A DNA stretch of 24,000 nt from Gordonia zhaorongruii (GTDB taxonomy: Bacteria; Actinomycetota; Actinomycetes; Mycobacteriales; Mycobacteriaceae), in NCBI RefSeq assembly GCF_007559005.1, contig NZ_CP041763.1, forward strand, positions 690,463 to 714,462, in the 5' to 3' direction. Position 1 is the stretch's first letter; each line of letters begins with the position of its first letter. The notes under the pieces were generated by a model. That model made no database searches, had not been told where the DNA came from, and was given only the letters and a program-made list of their open reading frames with translations. Positions 9,154 to 16,371 of the stretch are shown in pieces. The position numbers and the translations under genes are program-made.

Positions 9154-9720
9154 ATGACAAACGCACCTGTGGACGCCGACGAACAGGCAGCCGACGCAGC
9201 CGCCCGCCGCCCAGGCGCCGATTCCGCAGTCGTTGCCGATGCGGGAGAGCTCTCTCGGGCCCTGGTTGTGGTGGTCGACGACCGCGCAGCCCTGGGCGAG
9301 GCGAGTAGCGCCCTCGGGCCGTTGCTCGGCGAGCTCCTGGACGAAGCCGGCTTTCACGTCGACGCGACGGTTGCCGTCGCCGGTGACGAGATCGAGATCC
9401 GGAATGCCTTGAACACCGCCGTGATCGGTGGCGTCGACCTGGTCGTCTCGGTGGGTGGCGTCGGTGTCGGTGCGCGCGATGTGACGCCCGAGGCGACCGA
9501 ACCGCTCCTCGACCGTCGGCTCCAGGGCGTCGAGGAGGCGATCCGCAGTTCGGGTCTGTCCGCCGGCGCCACCGACGGTGGAATCTCGCGCGGACTGGCC
9601 GGCATCTCGGGCCAGACGGTCGTGGTCAACATCGCGGATTCGCGTGCTGCCGTCCGCGACGGGATGGCGACTCTGATGCCGCTCGCCCACTACGTGATCG
9701 GGCATATCAGTGACTTCTGA
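9154..9720 (+). CDS. moaB: MoaB/Mog-family molybdenum cofactor biosynthesis protein
   Basis: MoCF-biosynthesis fold signature: ALVVVVDD...DLVVSVGGVGVGARDVTPEAT...GISGQTVVVNI. An ATG at 9154 is preceded by AGAGAGG. The position after pepD matches moaB2 in mycobacteria. Confidence 0.85.
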   Translation: MTNAPVDADEQAADAAARRPGADSAVVADAGELSRALVVVVDDRAALGEASSALGPLLGELLDEAGFHVDATVAVAGDEIEIRNALNTAVIGGVDLVVSVGGVGVGARDVTPEATEPLLDRRLQGVEEAIRSSGLSAGATDGGISRGLAGISGQTVVVNIADSRAAVRDGMATLMPLAHYVIGHISDF

Positions 9721-9892
9721 CCGGCCCTCCACGAGAGGTCGGTCGCAGTCGGAACCGGAGTGGCGGCGTCGCCGACGACTCGACTCCGTCTTCGGCGACG
9801 ATCTTCCCGAGCAGATCGCCGAACCGAGGGAGAAGCCGCGGGCTTCCGGTCGTGACTGGTACGAGGCGAACCGCCCTCCGCACCACGGATGA
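9710..9892 (+). CDS. Hypothetical small basic protein (60 aa), overlaps the moaB stop
   Basis: The GTG start overlaps the last 11 nt of moaB. GC3 is about 75 percent by my count, close to neighbouring genes. There is no clear SD and no homology I can name. The C-terminus is RDWYEANRPPHHG. Confidence 0.35.
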   Translation: MTSDRPSTRGRSQSEPEWRRRRRLDSVFGDDLPEQIAEPREKPRASGRDWYEANRPPHHG

Positions 9893-9910
9893 CGCGCGCG
9901 GCGCGAGCCA

Positions 9911-10588
9911 TCAGCGGGGGAAGACCTCGCTGAGTTCGGCGAACAGCGCCTGGTTGAGGCGGAATGCGGCCTTCACCTCATCGACCAGCTGCGCGCGCCC
10001 CTCGAACGGCATGGAAGCACCGATCCGGTCGAGGCGCGCCCGGTAGTCGTCCTTGTAGGGCTTCACCTTGCCGACCGCGTCGAACTTGTAGAAGTCGGTG
10101 CCCGCACCGTTCAGGTCGAAGGTGCGATCGAGGATGCGGCCGATCGCCTGGCCGCCCGAGAGGTCGCCCAGGTACCGGGTGTAATGGTGCGCGACGAATC
10201 CGCCCGCCCACTGCGAGGTGATGTCGATGCGCTCGATGTACGCCACGGTGGCGGGAGAGGCCGGTGGTGACAGGCTCTCGTTCGCGGTGATTCGCATCCA
10301 GTGAGTCAGATCGGCGTCGATCGCGGGCAGACGGTCCAGTGCCGGGTCGACGATCAGTGCGGCGATCGGATCGCTGCGGAGTTCACGCGCCTTCGACTCG
10401 AGTGCGGCGTAGACGGGGCGAAGGCGTTGCAGGTAGGCGATGTAGCCCGCAGCCGACATCCGTCCGTCGAGCAGTGCCGTCATGAACGTCGACCCCTCGG
10501 CATCCTCGTGTTCCACAGCGGAGCCCCGCTTCATGGCGACAGATAGCGCGTCGTCGGGCGAGATCTCGATGGACGATGCCGTTGTCAT
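9911..10588 (-). CDS. hmuO: Heme oxygenase (biliverdin-producing), HmuO-like
   Basis: Contains the canonical heme oxygenase signature HHYTRYLGDLSGGQ and the proximal region AVEHEDAEGSTFMTALLDG. ATG at 10588 with GGAAGG upstream. Confidence 0.92.
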   Translation of the reverse strand: MTTASSIEISPDDALSVAMKRGSAVEHEDAEGSTFMTALLDGRMSAAGYIAYLQRLRPVYAALESKARELRSDPIAALIVDPALDRLPAIDADLTHWMRITANESLSPPASPATVAYIERIDITSQWAGGFVAHHYTRYLGDLSGGQAIGRILDRTFDLNGAGTDFYKFDAVGKVKPYKDDYRARLDRIGASMPFEGRAQLVDEVKAAFRLNQALFAELSEVFPR

Positions 10589-10617
10589 GGCCGGGCCTTC
10601 CAGGAATGAGCAGTTAT

Positions 10618-10638
10618 TTAGGTAAACCTAACACCTAA
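10618..10638 (-). promoter_or_regulatory. IdeR/DtxR-type iron box overlapping the hmuO promoter
   Basis: TTAGGTAAACCTAACACCTAA. The 19-mer TTAGGTAAACCTAACACCT matches TWAGGTWAGSCTWACCTWA at 14/19 positions by hand count. The core TTAGGT-AA-ACCTAA is palindromic. A minus-strand TANNNT hexamer TAGGTT (10625-10630) lies inside the box, 30-50 nt upstream of the hmuO ATG. Confidence 0.6.
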
Positions 10639-10653
10639 GATGCCGGAAGATGA

Positions 10654-10688
10654 GAAAGGCTCCGTTCCTGATCGGAACGGAGCCTTTC
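10654..10688 (-). terminator. Terminator hairpin downstream of mscL
   Basis: Perfect 15-bp inverted repeat GAAAGGCTCCGTTCC (10654-10668) / GGAACGGAGCCTTTC (10674-10688) with a 5-nt loop, 19 nt after the mscL stop. The trailing tract on the minus strand is only moderately T-rich. Confidence 0.65.
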
Positions 10689-10706
10689 GCATACCGTGCG
10701 GTGGGG

Positions 10707-11531
10707 TCAGCGCGAGTGGCGCGGGCCGTCGGGGAACTGTCCCGGCGGGTAGTCGCCCTGCGGGGGCGGCGGGTACTGACCCGGAGCCTGCTGCGGGTAC
10801 TGGCCCGGTGCGTACTGCTGCCCTGGAGGCAGGTTGCCGGGAGGCGGGTACTCGCCCGGTGCCGGATTCGGAGTGGGGAAGCTGCCGCTCGGCGGGTTAC
10901 TCGGTTCCGGGCGCTGCTGGCCTTGCGGCGGCATGCTCATCTGACGGGTGGCGTCGCCGCCCTGGATCGGCTGCTGTGGGCCGGTGCCCGGGCCGCCCGG
11001 GCCGAATCCGCCCGTAGTCGGTCCACCGTTGCCCGGTCCGTCGCCGAATCCGGGCGGGCCGACGGGCTGCGACTGTCGGTCCTGCAACTGGCGGGCTTCA
11101 GCGTCTGACATCGCCTTGACCTCGGCGGCCTCGGCCGCCTTGCGCTCCTTGAAGTCGGGGTCGAGGAGATCGCGGATCTCGGTGAGCAGCGAGACCTGGT
11201 CCTCGGTGGCATCCTCGTCGAGCTTCCGCAGTTCCTGCAGCTTGTTGTACGGAATGACGATCAGGAAGTAGACGACTGCCGCGACGATCACGAAGTTGAT
11301 GAATGCGGTGATCACTGCGCCGAAGTCGACGAAGGTTTCCTGCATACCGTTACGGATCTCGAATCCGAGCCCGCCCATATCGGTGTTGACGGGGATCGAA
11401 GCGATCAACGGGTTGACGATTTTGTCGGTGAATGCGGTGACGATCGCCGTGAAAGCCGCGCCGATGATGACTGCGGTGGCCAATTCGACGACGTTTCCCC
11501 GCATCAGGAAGTCTCTGAATCCTTTGAGCAC
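10707..11531 (-). CDS. mscL: Large-conductance mechanosensitive channel MscL with a long low-complexity C-terminal extension
   Basis: The N-terminus MLKGFRDFLMRGNVVELATAVIIGAAF is the MscL signature, with two TM helices and LLTEIRDLL. GTG start at 11531 preceded by AAGGAGA. Residues from about 126 to 274 form a Pro/Gly/Gln/Tyr-rich tail. Confidence 0.92.
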   Translation of the reverse strand: MLKGFRDFLMRGNVVELATAVIIGAAFTAIVTAFTDKIVNPLIASIPVNTDMGGLGFEIRNGMQETFVDFGAVITAFINFVIVAAVVYFLIVIPYNKLQELRKLDEDATEDQVSLLTEIRDLLDPDFKERKAAEAAEVKAMSDAEARQLQDRQSQPVGPPGFGDGPGNGGPTTGGFGPGGPGTGPQQPIQGGDATRQMSMPPQGQQRPEPSNPPSGSFPTPNPAPGEYPPPGNLPPGQQYAPGQYPQQAPGQYPPPPQGDYPPGQFPDGPRHSR

Positions 11532-11624
11532 GCGGCTTCTCCTTGTAGAGCGGATGTGCGGTCAAGTGTGAGTGTAAAGGAGAGGTGGAGTGATTTCTCG
11601 GCAAAATCGCGTGCGTTAGGCAAA

Positions 11625-12269
11625 TCAATGCAGAACAAATGTGATTGCCGTACGCAATCCTGCGGCGGCGACGCGGTGCGCCGCGCTTTCGCGCATTGCT
11701 ATGAGTGCTGATCCCGGGCGACGTTCGCTTTGGCTCGAACTTCTCTGCGGTACGAGGGCGACGATCGCATCGCGGGCGAGTACGTCGGATTCCTCCGACA
11801 GGACGTCGACATGATCTCCGACGCGAACCAGAGTGAGAAGGGTGCCGTCGGCCGGCCTCACCGGCACCAGACGTGCGTTCGAGTCACCGAGGAGCGCTGC
11901 GGGAAGTCGTGAGTCGAGCAGTCGGTGCCGTCCGATGATCTCGCCCGCCTGGATCGGTCCGGTCACTCGCCGCCCGACGATATCGGCGATCGCCGGGCGG
12001 TCTACGGGTAGCAGGTGATCGGGAACAGGGGACTGCATCACATCGTCAGTATTCAGCACGGTCCCGGGGGCGAGATCGTGTGCGGCAACGAGGGCGGTGG
12101 GGGCTGGTGGCTGTCGATGGTCGATGACCGTCACCACCACGGCAGCCGAGGTCAAGATGAGAGCGATGCACCGCCGGAGGATGACCGATCGCAGCCAACC
12201 GGGCCGGCACAGTTGCCGCAATCGGTCGAGAGCCGCGGGATTCAGGGAACTGCGGTCACGTGAGGCCAT
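11625..12269 (-). CDS. SAF-domain (CpaB/RcpC-like) membrane-anchored protein
   Basis: 214 aa, with one N-terminal TM (IALILTSAAVVVTVI), followed by VAAHDLAPGTVLNTDDV...PIQAGEII, typical of SAF domains. It lies next to mscL, as is common in Mycobacteriales. Confidence 0.7.
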   Translation of the reverse strand: MASRDRSSLNPAALDRLRQLCRPGWLRSVILRRCIALILTSAAVVVTVIDHRQPPAPTALVAAHDLAPGTVLNTDDVMQSPVPDHLLPVDRPAIADIVGRRVTGPIQAGEIIGRHRLLDSRLPAALLGDSNARLVPVRPADGTLLTLVRVGDHVDVLSEESDVLARDAIVALVPQRSSSQSERRPGSALIAMRESAAHRVAAAGLRTAITFVLH

Positions 12270-12382
12270 GTGCGGAATGTAGGTCGCGAGATCGGGGGCG
12301 CGACACCGTGAATACGGAATGTGGATGACTACCCGCGTGCAGGCCGGTGATCCACAGGGACAGCGTCTGCAAAACTGGACCG

Positions 12383-13630
12383 ATGACCGATCGAGTGCAG
12401 CCGAGTCCGATGGTCCGTTGGCGAACCTGGATCGGCGCCGATACCACCGGTGGAGCCCTCCTGATGATCGCGGCGGTCCTCGCGCTCGTGTGGGCCAATT
12501 CGCCGTGGCGCGATGTCTATCACGACCTGCTCGGCGTACATGTCGGGCCGGAGTCGCTCGGACTGAACCTCTCCCTCGCGCACTGGGCGTCGGACGGACT
12601 CCTCGCGGTCTTCTTCTTCGTCGTCGGTGTGGAACTCAAGCAGGAGTTCGTCGCGGGCAGCCTGCGCAACCCGCGGGACGCGGGCGTTCCGATCGCGGCA
12701 GCGGTGGGCGGCATGATCGTGCCCGCGCTGGTGTTCATCGCCATCGTCGGGTCGGCCGAGCCGGAGGCGCTGCGTGGGTGGGCGACTCCGACGGCGACCG
12801 ACATCGCGTTCGCGCTCGCCGTTCTGGCGGTGTTCGGCCGGGGCCTGCCGTTCGCGTTGCGGGTCTTTCTGATGACGCTGGCCGTTGTCGACGATCTGCT
12901 CGGGATCCTGGTGATCGCGACCGTCTACACCGACAGCATCGATTTCGTGATGCTCGCGGCCGGGTTGATGTGCATCGCGGTGTTCGCGGTCGTAGCCCGG
13001 ATGAAGCGGTTGCATTGGTGGCTGCTGCTGCCGCCGGCCATCGCGGCGTGGGCGTTCGTCCACAACTCCGGCGTTCACGCGACCGTGTCGGGGGTCCTGC
13101 TGGGGTTCGCGGTTCCAGCGATCGCGTTGCACCGGGAGTCGGGGCCGCGCACGGAGAAGCTGGGAGAGGCGATCAATCCGGTCTCGGCGGCGATCGCCCT
13201 TCCGCTCTTCGCGTTCGCGTCGGCCGGTGTGACGGTGGTGGGGGTGGGCCACATTCTGCAGCCGGTGAGCATCGGGGTGTTCGCGGGCCTGGTCGTCGGC
13301 AAGGCGATCGGCGTTCTGGCCACCGTCTGGGTCGTCACCGCACTCACGCCGCTGCGCCTGCCGGATGCGATCGGGATCCGCGACCTCCTCCCGGTGGGCC
13401 TGCTGACCGGTATCGGATTCACCGTGGCTCTGCTCATCGCCGAGCTGTCGTTCGCACCGGGTTCGGGCCTCCCGGCCGATCATCAGCCGGCGGCGAAGGT
13501 CGGCATCCTCCTGGGGTCGTTCACCGCCGCAGCACTCGGCGCGGCGATGTTGCGGGCGGACGCCCGGCGGGCACGCTCGTCGGATGAGAATCGCGACGGC
13601 GTGCCCGACCGGGACACCAGGGTGATCTGA
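12383..13630 (+). CDS. nhaA: Na+/H+ antiporter NhaA
   Basis: NhaA hallmarks are present: GGALLMIAAVLALVWANSPW, HWASDGLLAVFFFVVGVELK, PTATDIAFALAVLAV, LAVVDDLLGILVIA. The start is uncertain: ATG 12383 is preferred over the track GTG at 12347. Confidence 0.92.
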   Translation: MTDRVQPSPMVRWRTWIGADTTGGALLMIAAVLALVWANSPWRDVYHDLLGVHVGPESLGLNLSLAHWASDGLLAVFFFVVGVELKQEFVAGSLRNPRDAGVPIAAAVGGMIVPALVFIAIVGSAEPEALRGWATPTATDIAFALAVLAVFGRGLPFALRVFLMTLAVVDDLLGILVIATVYTDSIDFVMLAAGLMCIAVFAVVARMKRLHWWLLLPPAIAAWAFVHNSGVHATVSGVLLGFAVPAIALHRESGPRTEKLGEAINPVSAAIALPLFAFASAGVTVVGVGHILQPVSIGVFAGLVVGKAIGVLATVWVVTALTPLRLPDAIGIRDLLPVGLLTGIGFTVALLIAELSFAPGSGLPADHQPAAKVGILLGSFTAAALGAAMLRADARRARSSDENRDGVPDRDTRVI

Positions 13631-13632
13631 GG

Positions 13633-15189
13633 TCAGACGACCTGCTTCTCCTCAACGCGCTGCGCAGGAGGCGTGTACGTCTCCCAGAACGTCGCCCCGA
13701 CGATGCCGAGCTTGCGTGGCTCGAAGATCGGATCGGCGCCCATCTTCCGTTGCGACTCGTAGTCGCGGAGCGCCTTGAAGGCCGGTTGCTGCAGGATCAG
13801 AATGCCGATGATGTTGAGCCACGCCATGGTTCCGACTCCGAGGTCACCGAGCGCCCACGCGTCCTTCGCGTCCGACATCGCACCGAAAAGCACGGAGAGG
13901 CAGATCGCCAGCTGCAGGAGCAGGGTCAGATTTCCGCCCAACGTGGTGGAGGCGAACCGGAAACGCTTCGTGGTGGCCTTGCCGAGCAGGAACCGCAGAT
14001 TGGTCTCGGCCATGTAGTAGTAGGCCACGATCGTGGTGAAGCAGAAGAAGGCGAGTGAGATCGCCACGAAGGAGGCGCCTGCACCGTTCCACAGGGTGTC
14101 CATCCCGCTCTGGACGTAGCTGGCACCCACCTCGGATTCGTTGGGGACGAAGGCTGGAAGTGACCCGCCGTCGGCGATGATCTCGCCGTCCACCGATTCG
14201 CCGGAGAACACGCGGTAGGCGCCCGTGGTCAGAATGAGGAATCCGGTGGCCGAGCAGACGAAGAGGGTGTCGATGTAGACGGCGAAGGCCTGGACGAGGC
14301 CCTGTTTGGCCGGGTGCGAGACCTCTGCTGCGGCTGCCGCATGCGGGCCGGTGCCCTGGCCCGCCTCATTCGAGTAGAGGCCGCGTTTGACGCCCCACAT
14401 GATGGCGGCGCCGAGGATCGCACCGAAGGCGGCATCGGCTCCGAACGCACTGGAGAAGATCAGCCGGAACGTCTCCGGGACGTCGGAGATGTTGACGATG
14501 ACGACGATGATCGCGACGGCGATGTACAGCAGTGCCATGACCGGCACGACGGCGCCCGCGAAGTTCGCGATGCGCTTGACGCCGCCGATCACCACGAAGG
14601 CCAGGAACAGCATCGTGATCGCACCGATGAGCCACTTGTCGATGCCCCACGCGTTGTTGGCGGCAGCGGCGATCGAGTTGGACTGGATATTGGGCATCAG
14701 GACGCCACAGGCCATCAGCGTGACGAACGCGAAGACCAGCCCGTAGACCCGGAAGGCCTTGGATGCCCGGGTGTGCGCGTACGCACGGCTCAGATAATAG
14801 GCGGGCCCGCCACGGTACTCACCGGTCAGCGGATCCTTCGTCTTGTAGATCTGCCCCAGTGTGCATTCGACGAACGACGTCGAGGCGCCGAGGAAGGCGA
14901 CCGCCCACATCCAGAACAGGGCACCCGGGCCGCCGAAGGCGATCGCCGTGGCGACGCCGACGATGTTGCCTGCGCCGAGACGGCCGGCGAGCGACATCGC
15001 GAGGGCCTGGAACGAGGAGACTCCCGAGTCGGACTTCTTGCCCTTGAACAGCAACACGACCATGTGTTTGAAGTGCCGGACCTGCAGGAACCTGCTGCGG
15101 ACCGAGAAGAAGACGCCGGCCGCCAAGCAGAGGAAGACCAGGCCTTTGCTCCACACCCACTCGTTCACTGTGGCGAGGATTTCGCTCAT
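13633..15189 (-). CDS. Alanine/glycine:cation symporter (AGCS family, sodium:alanine symporter)
   Basis: 518-aa polytopic protein with AGCS motifs SSFQALAMSLAGRLGAGNIVGVATAIAFGGPGALFWMW and GLYSNEAGQGTGPHAAAAA. ATG at 15189 with GGAG upstream. Confidence 0.92.
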   Translation of the reverse strand: MSEILATVNEWVWSKGLVFLCLAAGVFFSVRSRFLQVRHFKHMVVLLFKGKKSDSGVSSFQALAMSLAGRLGAGNIVGVATAIAFGGPGALFWMWAVAFLGASTSFVECTLGQIYKTKDPLTGEYRGGPAYYLSRAYAHTRASKAFRVYGLVFAFVTLMACGVLMPNIQSNSIAAAANNAWGIDKWLIGAITMLFLAFVVIGGVKRIANFAGAVVPVMALLYIAVAIIVVIVNISDVPETFRLIFSSAFGADAAFGAILGAAIMWGVKRGLYSNEAGQGTGPHAAAAAEVSHPAKQGLVQAFAVYIDTLFVCSATGFLILTTGAYRVFSGESVDGEIIADGGSLPAFVPNESEVGASYVQSGMDTLWNGAGASFVAISLAFFCFTTIVAYYYMAETNLRFLLGKATTKRFRFASTTLGGNLTLLLQLAICLSVLFGAMSDAKDAWALGDLGVGTMAWLNIIGILILQQPAFKALRDYESQRKMGADPIFEPRKLGIVGATFWETYTPPAQRVEEKQVV

Positions 15190-15305
15190 CGAGACTCCAA
15201 AACATTTCGGTTGGGAAGAACCCAGAATCGCATGAGGTGGATCACACTCGGCAGTCGACCCGCCGATTCAGCGAAAGCGCGCTCGGGTGACCGCCGACGC
15301 CGGGG

Positions 15306-15332
15306 CTGGCACTCGGTGTGACTGAGTGCCAG
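15306..15332 (+). promoter_or_regulatory. CIRCE element (HrcA operator) on the ruc promoter
   Basis: CTGGCACTC-N9-GAGTGCCAG is a perfect 9-bp inverted repeat with a 9-nt spacer. It matches the CIRCE consensus TTAGCACTC-N9-GAGTGCTAA in the whole GCACTC/GAGTGC core. It brackets a -35-like GTGACT (15318-15323), 17 nt upstream of the -10 TACAAT (15341-15346). Confidence 0.75.
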
Positions 15333-15375
15333 TAACGGTTTACAATGGGTGATCTGACGAAGCCGGAGGTTCCCC

Positions 15376-15663
15376 GTGCCCACCTATAGCTATGCGTGCA
15401 CCGTGTGCGACAACAAGTTCGACATCGTGCAGTCGTTCTCGGAAGATTCCCTGACCGTCTGCCCCGAATGCGGAGGCAAGCTCCGCAAGTTGTTCAACTC
15501 CGTCGGCGTCGTGTTCAAGGGCAGCGGCTTCTACCGCACCGATTCGCGGTCGAACGGTTCGGTCCCCGCGAAGTCGACGGAGTCGAAGTCGTCCTCCGAT
15601 TCGGGCTCGTCGAACTCGGGCTCGTCCAGTTCCTCGGATTCCTCCAACGCGGCCAGCGCCTGA
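15376..15663 (+). CDS. ruc: FmdB-family zinc-ribbon protein (Rv0991c/Ruc-type redox-regulated chaperone) with Ser-rich tail
   Basis: N-terminus MPTYSYACTVCDNKFDIVQSF...CPECGG...KGSGFY, with two CxxC pairs. The C-terminal Ser-rich disordered tail contains SKSSSDSGSSNSGSSSSSDSS. GTG start preceded by GGAGG (15365-15369). It is adjacent to 5-FCL/galU, as Rv0991c is. Confidence 0.9.
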   Translation: MPTYSYACTVCDNKFDIVQSFSEDSLTVCPECGGKLRKLFNSVGVVFKGSGFYRTDSRSNGSVPAKSTESKSSSDSGSSNSGSSSSSDSSNAASA

Positions 15664-15677
15664 CGCGAGCCGGTGCC

Positions 15678-15700
15678 TGACGCCGAAGGCCAAGGCGTCA
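15678..15700. terminator. Short hairpin between the convergent ruc and 5-FCL genes
   Basis: TGACGCC (15678-15684) / GGCGTCA (15694-15700), a 7-bp stem with a 9-nt loop. It overlaps the 5-FCL stop codon. There is no U-tract, so function as a terminator is uncertain. Confidence 0.3.
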
Positions 15701-16300
15701 ACCCACGCGCGTGTAGCCGGTCCCCGGCGTGAGCACCCAGTTCACGGGGACGTCGTAGGCCTCCGTCGGTACGCCTGCTGTCAGAAATTCATCGTCGTGC
15801 ACCACCGCGATAATCGGTGCGTCGACGACGGTCAGTGTTCGGTCGTAATAGCCTGCGCCACGGCCGAGTCGTGCACCCGACCGGTCGGCGGCGACCGCCG
15901 GTACCAGGATTGCGGCGGGTTCGCGCACGGCGTCCGCACCGAGGCGGGCGCCCGACGGCTCCAGTAACCGCCACCGGCCCTCGGTGAGCGAGTCCTCGCC
16001 CGTGTACTCACCCCAGTGCAGCCTCGACGGGTCGCCCGCCGGGACGATCGGCACCAGGACGGTCAGACCTCGGTCGAGGAGGGCGTCGAGCATTGCGATG
16101 CCTCCGGGCTCGCCGCGCGTCGCCACGTAGGCGGCCACCGTATCGCCCGTGGTCACCGCCACCGGCAACGAGTACATCCATTGCGCCAGTTCGGCGTTCA
16201 CCTGGGCGAGCACGAACGGGGACATCTCGGCGCGGGCGTGGAGGAGGGTGCTGCGCAGCGCCTGCTTACGGGCCTGTCCGTTGGTGGAGGCGGTGCTCAT
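15698..16300 (-). CDS. 5-formyltetrahydrofolate cyclo-ligase
   Basis: 200 aa, with family motifs VLVPIV...ILVPAVAADRSGARLGRGAGYYDR. ATG at 16300 with GAGGA upstream. It is divergent from galU, as Rv0992c/Rv0993 are. Confidence 0.9.
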   Translation of the reverse strand: MSTASTNGQARKQALRSTLLHARAEMSPFVLAQVNAELAQWMYSLPVAVTTGDTVAAYVATRGEPGGIAMLDALLDRGLTVLVPIVPAGDPSRLHWGEYTGEDSLTEGRWRLLEPSGARLGADAVREPAAILVPAVAADRSGARLGRGAGYYDRTLTVVDAPIIAVVHDDEFLTAGVPTEAYDVPVNWVLTPGTGYTRVG

Positions 16301-16371
16301 GTGCGGTCCTCACAGCAGGTGGGTGGCGGCTGCATCCGATCCTGCCAGAATACGACCGTAGACTGTTCGGC

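Noticed and set aside
13628-13635. The convergent nhaA and AGCS genes have stop codons only 2 nt apart, with no room for terminators
   Set aside because: Tight convergent packing is common in high-GC actinobacteria and probably just implies overlapping 3' UTRs. It is not evidence of a special element.
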